Shown here: positions 26,631 through 35,850 of the stretch, piece by piece
Numbering within the stretch: the stretch's first letter is position 1
Layout of the letters: each line of letters starts with the position of its first letter
Origin: Lama guanicoe
Lineage: Eukaryota
Length of the DNA stretch: 64,000 bases
NCBI GenBank assembly: GCA_013239625.1
Contig: MU053594.1
Span: 584,355 to 648,354, forward strand
Direction of reading: 5' to 3'
Program-made: the position numbers and the translations under genes
Notes under the pieces: model-generated
Database searches by the model: none
What the model was told of the DNA's origin: nothing
What the model saw: only the letters and a program-made list of their open reading frames with translations

Positions 26631-28494
26631 GTGGAGACTTTTCTCCCTGACAATGGTCTTGAACCCAGAATTTGACCATTGTTGTGCTGGTTCCTTCATT
26701 CCCTGATTTGTATCTTGCTATTCTGTACCCCAGGGTAGCAGAGAGCCAGGCAAAGGTGGAGGAAGCCAACGTAGCAGTAAAGACCACTTGCTATTGAAAG
26801 AGCAGGTCCCAGAGGACAGGGGCTTGTAGGCCTGGAAGGTTGGCTAGTCTGGCCAGCAGAAGTTGATGTCTGGAGTATGAGGCAATGGGCAGCAGGCAGT
26901 GGTGCAATCATGGGCACAGGGGGTCCACGTGGAGGGACATAGATGGTCCATCCAGTGGTTGGTTAGGCACAGCTATGAGGATGCTCAGGCAGGCTTCAGA
27001 AACCACAGCAGAGAAATTCAGCTCAACACTTACTGAGCAGTCTTCTCTGGTTTTGGCCCCATGCTAGGCACTAAGCAACTAAAAATGAGGAAGATAGTCC
27101 TTCCTAGTAATTTCGATGTGATGGGAAGTGTAATTAGACAGAGGTGTTCACTGTCCTCTGGGGCCCCATCAGGGACTTGCTGGAGAGAAGGATGCCTGGG
27201 GAGAGAAAAATATTCCTGCCAAACACCTGTGGATGTGAGGGCGATGGCATGGTTAGGCGCTGCCACAGGGTAAAGTGGGAGAAAATGAGGGGCGAGGGAT
27301 GCGGCTGGAGATGTAGATGGAGGCAGGTGGAGAAAGGGATTTCTTTAGATCCCATCCCTCAGCTGGTTCCTGCAGCAGAACAACCTAAGGTCTACAATTT
27401 CTCTTTCTCCTTCTTCCCACCATGCCCCACCCAGGCCGGTCCCTCCCTCACAGGGAGAAGGGGCCAGTGCTGTTTGATTCTCCACAGTCTTATCTAAGGG
27501 CTTACCTTGAATCACCCCTCAGCAACTCAGCTCCCAAATGACTCTCCAAATCTGTGGGCAGACATACCTGTTATCAGGTCTGTCGGAGTCCAGGTGGCAG
27601 ACCTGGGGGCCCTCCATGGAGTGTCAGAGCTGCCTTCCCACCCTTTCCCAATGGCTTCTTTCCCTCCCCCTATCACGTTGACCCTCCCCAAATACTTGGC
27701 TTCTGTAACTGTGACAATAGTCCTCCCTCTGAATAACTTACCCATTATTTATGCCTAATTACCATGTGGCACATAATGATACATGTAGCACTGAATGTAT
27801 CAGGCCAGCTTTGCTCCAAGTTTTGCTTCATGACAACACCAAACCTGATTCATATACACTGAGGATGTCACCTGTCCAGGCCTTGGATCCCACATCTGTA
27901 AAATGAGGAGTGTGGATTAGATTCGTGTTCCCTACTTGGCTGGTGCTCAGAACCACTGGTTGGCTTTTTAGAAATTTCAAAACTGCTACATTCTGATCTG
28001 GTGGTGGACTTCCAGATCTGTATTTTTCTCTTAGTTTCCCAGGCATTTCTGTTGCATCCAATCCAGGGACTGATGTTTGGGAAACTCTGGGGTAGATCAT
28101 CTCTGTGACTCTTTCCAAAACTCATTGATTCATTCCCTGCAGAGGGGACACTAGCAGAGACGAGGCTGGAGAGAGGCAAGGGACAGATGTGGCAGATTTT
28201 AATCCATTTTAACAAGATTAGAATTTACCTCAGCAGCAAAGGGAAAGACTTTGGAAGGTTTTAAGCAGGAGTGACATAATCAAATTTACGTTTTAGAAAC
28301 AGAATTCTTACGCAGCATGGAAGACAGGTTGGGGCTGGGAGACCAGAGAGAAGGCTTTGGTAGTAAGTGCCTGAGACAATGATGCTGACCTGGATTGCAG
28401 CAGCGGCAGCGAAGGTGGACAGGGGATTTGCGCGGCATTCAGAAAGCAGAGTAAACAGAACTGAGTCATTTCTTGTGTCCTTGAGATCTGGGAT

Positions 28495-28970
28495 GTGTGT
28501 GAATTATTGTTGTTTGCCTCTGCCGCCTTCACCCCTTCCCAAACTGGAGAGCCCCTCACTGTGTGGTTCTCGGTCAGCTCAATGAGAGACAGATGCCCCA
28601 GATTTTGACTCAGGAGCTGGTGACTCAGAGAAGCAGGGACAGCAGAGCATCCATTCCAGAGGCAACACAAGTAGCCACAACTTTTCAGTTTCCAGAGGTA
28701 ACACGACAGAGTGCCAGGGGGAGGACGGTGTCTGATGCCGGCAGCGATAGTGATGCTGTCTGGTGTCCTGTGTTTACCTGTAGTAACTGAGTTCTCACTG
28801 GTCCGCTGTGTGGGCTTGGTTTTCATTGAAGACCTTACAGCCCCTAGCTCTTTTGTTCCTGTGTGTTTTTTCAGGCTGGGTTTCCAATCTCCCATGTGAT
28901 TCTGTGACTTTTCAATGACTTTCTTTTCTGCATAAACTGCCCAAATTGTTTGTTTCTTACATCCACGTCC
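28495..28970 (+). mobile_element. Old MaLR/ERVL-type LTR fragment
   Basis: caggagctggtgactcagagaagcagggac…tttcttttctgcataaactgcccaaattg. Confidence 0.45.
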
Positions 28971-29564
28971 CCTGACTGTTACCCTGACTGCATCGGAGCA
29001 GTCAGGGCAAGAGCAGCCAGGGAGAGTCTTCAGCCACAGCGAACACATGCAAAGGAGCAAGGTGTGAGAAGGAACCCCGAATGCTGCCGGCTGGCTTACA
29101 GACTAAAAATACCCGGGCTCCGGCTTTGCTCACTCTCAGCAAGGAAAGTCCAGGTTGAGCTTTTCTTCACTGTTAGAGCTTTCTCTGAACTACAGCTCCA
29201 TTCAAAACCCGAGTGCTTGAATGTGCAGAGTATCAGAAAACCCTCATCTTAGATTCAACACCTCTCCTCATCTTCTGGAAGGGGAAGCCCTTTAGTAACC
29301 TTCCCAGTGCTCTCCCCAGTTCGTGATATTCTTGACATCACAGGACTATTGAAAGGTAGATGAGGTCACAGAAAGGGCTGGGGAAATTCCAAGCAGTATT
29401 GATTGAACTTCCCTAAATGCAACTTCAGAAATTATATATATGTAAATTGATTGCTTTCTAAATTCTGTCACTTTCCCACCTACTTACTGGTAGTTTCTAA
29501 GATGTTTTATTTTATTTTCACATATATGGTGACCACAGTGGCTACTGAAACACAAGGTTCATAT

Positions 29565-30050
29565 ATTTTCTATTGTAGTAAAAAAAATACATAACATCTC
29601 ATTTACCACCTTAATCATTTTAAAGCAGTTCAGTGTCGTTAAGTGAATTCGTGTTGTTGTGCAACCAACACCACCATCCATCTCCAGAATGTTTCATCTT
29701 CCCAAGCTGAAACTTTGTACCTTTTAAACACTAACTCCCTATTCACCACATCCTCCAGCCCCTGGCAACTATGACTCAAATCTCTTAATTTTCTAGGTAA
29801 TTCCTATAAGTGGGCTCATACAACATTTGTCCTTCTGTGACTGGATTTTTTCATTTAACATAATGTCATCAAGTTTCATCCATCTTGTAGCATGTGACAG
29901 GATTTCCTGACTTTTAAGACTGAATAATATCCCACTGTACGTACATACTACATTTTGTTTATCTCTCCATCCACCTGTTGAGGGACACTTGGGTTGCTTC
30001 TGCCTTCTGGCTGTTGTGAATAATGCTGCTGTGAACATAGATGTACAAAT
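29565..30050 (-). mobile_element. L1M (A/B) 3' end
   Basis: Minus-strand ORF ICTSMFTAALFTTARRQKQPKCPST is L1 ORF2 C-terminal; L1 3'UTR motifs follow. Confidence 0.9.
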
Positions 30051-30834
30051 AAGGTGTATTTTTTTACGATCTCTTCCCACGAAGCAATTAAGTAAATTTT
30101 TCATGTGAATAAATGCATTTTAATTTATCTGTTTTGTAAATCTGAAGAATTGTGTAATAGACTTTCTTAAAGTGGGTCACACCTGTGTTCTTTATTGTTC
30201 CAAAATAGGAGATGCAAAGAACAATGGCAAATGTCCATTTCACACTGATGTGGAAAAGCCCAGTGAGAAATCAATCTCTAAGGGTGAATTGTACATGCCG
30301 ATGTCAAAACTCTCAGTTAACTCTCTCTGCTCTCCTGTCTTGGTCAGAGAGAGTGACCTGAACCTCTCCTTTTAGAAGAATCCTCTCCGTCCCCATCCCT
30401 CTCTCGGGAGGACCAGCCTCCCCTTCCTTCCAACCCTTCACTAGACTATTCTGACACGAGGCTGTGGATCTCACAGCATTGTCGGTAACCAAGAACCCTC
30501 TATCTCTCTAAGGTTTTCTGCACTTTTATAAAAATAATAAAGTATAAATAGGACACACTCATTTTCTTTTTGCCAACACTTTCGCTGATTCAGAAAGACT
30601 GCCACCTTAACGTTCGCTCTCAGAGTCCTCTGCAAATGGGATAAGCGTGCAATGACAAGAAAGGAGGGTGAGAAAAGAAAAATTCCCAGAACTTGAAAAT
30701 AGAGGCTCAGTTTTCACCTGCAATATAGGTTAAGAAATCTGAAAAGTGGACTGGAACGCCACAGAGAGCGGGTGCGTGTTTCCTGCAGTGCTTCTCAGCT
30801 GAAGTCTTCAGTAAGAGTGGAAAACAGGCAAAAT

Positions 30835-30990
30835 GTATTGTTTGGGTACCAGTATGTCAGCGGTTATCCCCACTTAGTCTTCTGATAACATTGCGATAAG
30901 GATCTGTATCCCCACTTTACAAGTAAGGAAACTGTGGCTCAGAGACATTCCGGACTTTCCCAAGGGCGTGGAGTTTGGCCCTGAACCAAG
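30835..30990 (-). mobile_element. MIR SINE
   Basis: atccccactttacaagtaaggaaactgtggctcagaga. Confidence 0.7.
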
Positions 30991-31879
30991 CCCCGTGGGA
31001 CTCCAACAGTGCTCCTCCCCCGGTCCTGCCCTGCTTCCTACCCATCCCATGAGGGCATTTCCCCTATTTTCTGTGCAACAAGGTTCAGAAGGGAGCCTGT
31101 CTCTCTCTGTGGATGCATCAGATTTCGACAGAGACCAACAAGGGGCTCTCCCTTCCAAGCCCCAGCCATGCCTCCTTTGCCAGCTCAGAGGCAGTTCTTG
31201 GAGCACAGGAAAGAATAAGAGATCTGCCTTCCTCTCTGCTGGCTCTGTCCTTTGTTTCCTTGTTACCACGGACCAACAAACCCCGTACCTGCCTCAACCC
31301 ATCCTCTGCCCATAATACCCATTACTAACCATTTCAACAATAAAAAGGGTAGAAATAAAGATGTAGGTAGCACATCAGGAAAAACTTCCTGCCTCTGAGG
31401 CTCTGGAACATACAGAAGAGAAACTCAAGGAGGCTCTTGTACCCCTCTTTCCAGGAAAGCTAGAAGGAAAAGGGCCACCCTGCCCCTGCCTGGCCTACTT
31501 GGACTGGGTACAGTTCTGACTGGAGGGGAGAGGATGCACTGAATGACCTCCCGAGGGCCCTGCCAGCCCATGGAGGGGGAGCCTTCGGTGCAGGCGCCTG
31601 CTTGGCCACAGATGTTCCCTGTCATCAATCATGCAGGGCATCTGTTTGCTGTGCCGTTTGTTTAAAGAGCGAGGCGTTTGCTAATTGAAAACTAAAAGAT
31701 CCATCCGTCTCACTCACAGCCAGCATGAAATCCACTCAGCCATGCAAGATCGGAGTAGAAAATGCAACCAAGAGCTTCTGTGTCCTTGGGTTGGTGCACC
31801 CTGTGGAGGTCATCTTCTGCTTCCTGGGTGAGCATGGCTACCCTCCCCACCTCGGAGCATCCAGGGGTCGCCCATATTA

Positions 31880-32042
31880 TAGTTTATCTAATCTGTTATC
31901 CTCAATGCTATCCAGAGAGAAAAGGTATTTTTAGCCCCAGTTTAAAGATGGGTGATCTGAGGCTTAGCGGGATTAAACTATTTAGGCAAGGTCACACAAC
32001 TGGTGGGTGACGGAAGCAGGACATCAGTCCAGGTCCTCTGAC
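31880..32042 (-). mobile_element. MIR SINE
   Basis: ccccagtttaaagatgggtgatctgaggcttagc…caaggtcacacaactgg. Confidence 0.65.
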
Positions 32043-32959
32043 CAGTCAGGAGAGGGGTGGCCCATCCACTGGGTGGCTCTTTCCCTTCACCAACAACATG
32101 GAGGTACTGGGCTGGGAGGCACCAAGTATTTCTTTAAGGGGATTTTTAACCTTGGAACGAATGACCTAAGGGTATATGAGGGGGAACACTGAGATTTCAA
32201 CTATGTCTGCAATGTTTTGTTAATTTCAAAGCTAATATGGCAAAATGTTAGGATTCCTGATTGTTGTAATATCTCCCTATCAAGATTGCAGGGAGATGAA
32301 GACAGTCCAGACCCACATATAGTGCCCAAGGCAAGGAGCAGGGGAAGAGGCACACCACCCCCACGTGCATCCTCTGCCTCTTTCCCAGTTGCCCCCAGAG
32401 ATGGAAGATGTGTCTGCCTGTGCTTCAGGAGATGGGGGACCGGTCCAGTGCTGGATCTCTGTGGCAATCCAGAAGGCATCCATCTCTATGGGCCTCAGTT
32501 TCCTCTTGTAGAGCGATGAAAGTGGAGGAGGGTAGATGAATGCTACATTTTTCCCCAACTCTAATTTTTGATAATTGTATGTGTCATAGAAGGAAATGCT
32601 GAGTCAAATTTAACCTTTGTGGTCTAGAGCCGCAAAGCCCTGGAGCTACTTGACTGCAACCACGATGGACCGACTCCTTGATATATGCAGTTAGCCCTTT
32701 GTCTGTGCTATTCCTCCTGCCTGGAATGCCACCTCCCCACCCGCCACCCCACTCAGGGAAACTGGTATTGCTTCTCCAGAGCCTAGTCCCTGTGAGGTTT
32801 CCCTTTGTGTGTGTTCCATGGCACTTCTCTAAGCCACAGGTTCATTGCAGATATGTCCTGGAGGTCTCCAGTCTGGATTGGCAGGACCCTGGTTTCATTC
32901 CTTTTTGTGGCCCCTGAATCTGACACACAGCCTGGCAAAAGAAGGACAGTCAGTAATTA

Positions 32960-33138
32960 CAGTTAATCCTTGAACAACGTGGGAGTTTGGGGCACCAATC
33001 CTCAAAAATCAGCATATAATTTACAATCCACCCTCCTTAGCCGCAGTTCTGCATGCATGGAGGGAACCAACTCCTGATAGCATAGCCCTGTACTATTTGC
33101 TGCTGAAGAAGATCCCAGTAAAGCGGGCCCGCAAAGTA
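32960..33138. mobile_element. MER8/Tigger2-like Tc1-mariner MITE just upstream of the DRD2 promoter
   Basis: TA|CAGTTAATCCTTGAACAACGTGGG terminal motif; internal aaaatcagcatataa…tactatttgctgctgaag. Confidence 0.75.
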
Positions 33139-33569
33139 CAGGGGAAAGGGGAGAGGGGAGAGGAGAGAGGAAGGCGGTTTCTCTGCAGTCCAAAGCCCAG
33201 GGGCAGAGGACCAGCACCAGGGCTGCCTTCACCACCACGTTAGTTCCTTCCTCCCGCTCCCCAATCCCAACTTCATTTGGAGTCAAAGGTGAGCTGGAAT
33301 TCCAGGCGCCTCCTTTTGAATTTCCGTCTCAGGTCAACTCCAAGCAGGCTTTCCCATAGAGGAATTAAGCAACAGAATTTAGCACAGTTCTGACCAGCGG
33401 TTTGAAAACAGATTCTGGACCCCTCCTTACCCAGCCCCAACCCTTGTCCTCTGACTCCTCAAAAGAGGAAACAGACAAGCACGGAATGAGGACACTTTTC
33501 ACCGCAGCCCTGCATATACTTGATGTTATTTTGGCGGTGTGGAGGGATCGCTCAGTTCCCACCTAGGCG

Positions 33570-33885
33570 CCGACCTGCCTCAAAGCCAGGGATGGCCGCA
33601 TCCCCCATCACCTTGCTACTTCCCGCAGGCCTGGGCGCTCGGGCCCGACTCTGGCGCGTAGGGGGCGGGGCCTGTCTCAGGGGCGGGGTCCGAGGGCCCG
33701 TGGCCCCGCCCCCTCCCTCCCGCGCTTCCCGCTCTCCCCGCGCTCGGGCGCCGCGGAGCTGTCCAGCCTCAGTGCCCGAGCAGGCCGCCTGCCGGCCGCG
33801 CCGCGCCTCCTCCGCGCCGGGTTCCTGCGCCGCACGCCCGCCCCGCGCTCGACCCCGCCCGGTCCCGCCCCGCCGCGGCCCGTCC
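33570..33885 (+). promoter_or_regulatory. DRD2: DRD2 proximal promoter, TATA-less, with Sp1/KLF GC boxes
   Basis: GC boxes GGGGCGGGGC 33662-33671, GGGGCGGGGT 33680-33689, GCCCCGCCCC 33703-33712, plus further CCCGCCCC copies. GGGGGCGGGGCCTGTCTCAGGGGCGGGG and GCTCGGGCGCCGC-GAGCTGTCCAGC match the recalled human promoter. No TATA box. Confidence 0.85.
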
Positions 33886-34089
33886 ACTGCTCCCCGCGGG
33901 CCGGAGCCGGCCGAGCGGCTGCCGGCCGGGGCTCTGAACGGCGCGGCGGGGCCGGGAGGCAGGGACCCGCCGACGAGAGCGGCTTCCCCATACGGCTGCC
34001 AGAGGGGCGGCCGTGCGTGGATGCGGCGGGAGAAGGAAGCCTCGAGCAGCCGGCGCCGTCTCTGCCCCTGGGCGCCCTATGGCTTGAAG
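33886..34089 (+). other. DRD2: DRD2 (dopamine receptor D2) non-coding exon 1 / 5'UTR; start approximate, 3' end exact
   Basis: CCACTGCTCCCCGCGGGCC...GGGGCTCTGAACGGCGCGGCGGGGCCGGG...GTGGATGCGGCGGGAG...AGCAGCCGGCGCCGTCTCTGCCCC...GCGCCCTATGGCTTGAAG closely matches my recall of the human DRD2 first exon. It ends at a strong donor, AAG|GTAAGC (GT at 34090-34091). TSS inferred from the human model. Confidence 0.9.
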
Positions 34090-35699
34090 GTAAGCGCAGG
34101 CATGATGGAGCGACAGGCGGCCGGGGCCCAAACAGGGTCGCTGAGAGAGGACGAGGGATCTCGGAGGGCGGCGCGGCCGGGACCAGAAGTTTGGCCACTC
34201 TGGCGCCGTCTGCCTGGGGACCGCCCCGCCTGCGGTCGGGCTTTCCACTGACTCTCCGTCGGGCCTTTTGCCCGGAAGCGAAGGGAACACAGAGGCTGTC
34301 CTCTCCTCTCCCACCCTCTCGGCATCCTTCGTGCCGCCCGGGCGCTCATTCTCGCTCCGGGTACGGGCGGGCAGTGCCGGGGCAGCCTCTCCGAGGAGCC
34401 TCCGAGAGCGAGCCTCCCCGAACCGCGGCTTCGCAGGGCGGCCGGCTCCCGGACCATCTTGGGAGGGCACTTTGAGCCCGCCATCAGAGCCCGGGACCCG
34501 GCCAGAGTTTTCGGACACCCCGGAGGGAGGAGTGTTGTTCTTAGCAACTCTGCATTTGTGCGACCGGAGACTTTTCAGTTTCTAAGAACGGAAGCCAAGG
34601 ATGGGGAGAGACAGTTTTTGGCTCTACTCTCCCACTACCTAGTGTGCCGCTGTCCTTGGTCCTGAATTTACGTTCCCCTTCGCCATCTCTCCGTTGGAGA
34701 TTTAGTTGAGGAGAGGGGCTGGGATTTCAGACCCATCTCGACCTAGGAATGGCGGTGATGATGAGGGCAGAGGCGCAGGGTGACTCTCTGACTCTGGAAT
34801 GGACCAAGAGCCTCGGTAGGGCAGCGTGCAGAGACAAGAGGTAGCTATCAGCACCAGACAGCGCACGCGTGTCCATCCCCGCTTGCCTCTGGAAGAGCAG
34901 TGGTAAGAGGGTGCGTGTGCATCTACACAACAGGCTTCACCATGGACACAAGTCAAAGCACTGCAGCTCCGTAGGGACAGGCCTTTTTTTGTCAGCCACA
35001 GGGAAGGTATCCAAGAGAGTCATTGTTGCCCTACCTAGCCCCCTGCTACTTTTTGTCCTGGGGGTTCCTGAGGTTGGTGAGATGCAAGACATTTTGTGGA
35101 TCCCTCTGTAGTTCCTTTTGCAGATCCAACCATTTCCTGATTTCGACCAGGCTACAAGCCTTTCAGGCTAATTCTTGCCCCTCTCAGGGAATTATGTGAT
35201 CAGTGATTCTTCCCCCTTTGGATACAAATACTCTGCTTATCCCTGATTCATCTTGTAGCATTAGGACCACTTGAAAAATAAATCATTCTTCTCACTTTTC
35301 TCCCTGTTGCTGAGGATGGGCAGAGAGAGGCCCATCATGAATGTGACCAATTGCAAGAGGATTAGTGAGCTGATGTGCTGTGTCCCAGCCCCCTGCCTTT
35401 GACTTCTCTGCTTAGTGTTCAAGATTCCTGGCATACTTGACTGTGAGAGTGGGGTGGGGTGTTGATGCCATCTCTGAAATCAGACATCTGGCAGGGAAGA
35501 CATTTGAGAGGGTTAGATGGAGATCCAAATGAGGGCCATGGTGGCTCCAGCCTTAGTCTCTTGAAGAACATTCTGAGTTCCTTCTGTCTCCTCTATACAG
35601 CCTGAGGGGGACAGGTGCCTGGAAAACGAGAGGTTCTGATTCGTTGTAGTGGTCAGGGACAGAATTCTCTAAGAGCTGATTTTTATTTTAATGAACTCT

Positions 35700-35850
35700 C
35701 TGTATCTGAATCACCTGGGAGTCTGGTTAAAATGCATATTTTTGGTTCTTGTCTGAAGAACCGCTGAACGAGAATCTCAAGCTGAGGCCAAGAAATGTAT
35801 ATTTTAACAACATTTTCTGGGTGATTCATCTGCACACTAGTTTAAGAAAT
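35700..35850. mobile_element. MER5-like DNA transposon
   Basis: gaatcacctgggagtctggttaaaatgca…agaatctc…tgtatattttaacaa…ggtgattc. Confidence 0.7.

Larger units (their letters stand above)
33530..34570. promoter_or_regulatory. CpG island spanning promoter, exon 1 and start of intron 1
   Basis: Very high GC and dense unsuppressed CpG, against CpG-depleted flanks. Confidence 0.93.

Noticed and set aside
28308..29060. 250-aa minus-strand ORF
   Set aside because: Overlaps LTR- and L2-like repeats; no recognisable domain or splice structure.
33520..34585. Long overlapping ORFs (up to 249 aa) on both strands
   Set aside because: Expected in a stop-poor CpG island. The translations are low-complexity Arg/Pro/Ala/Gly, cross the exon 1 donor and resemble no protein I recognise; only the exon-contained uORFs were kept.
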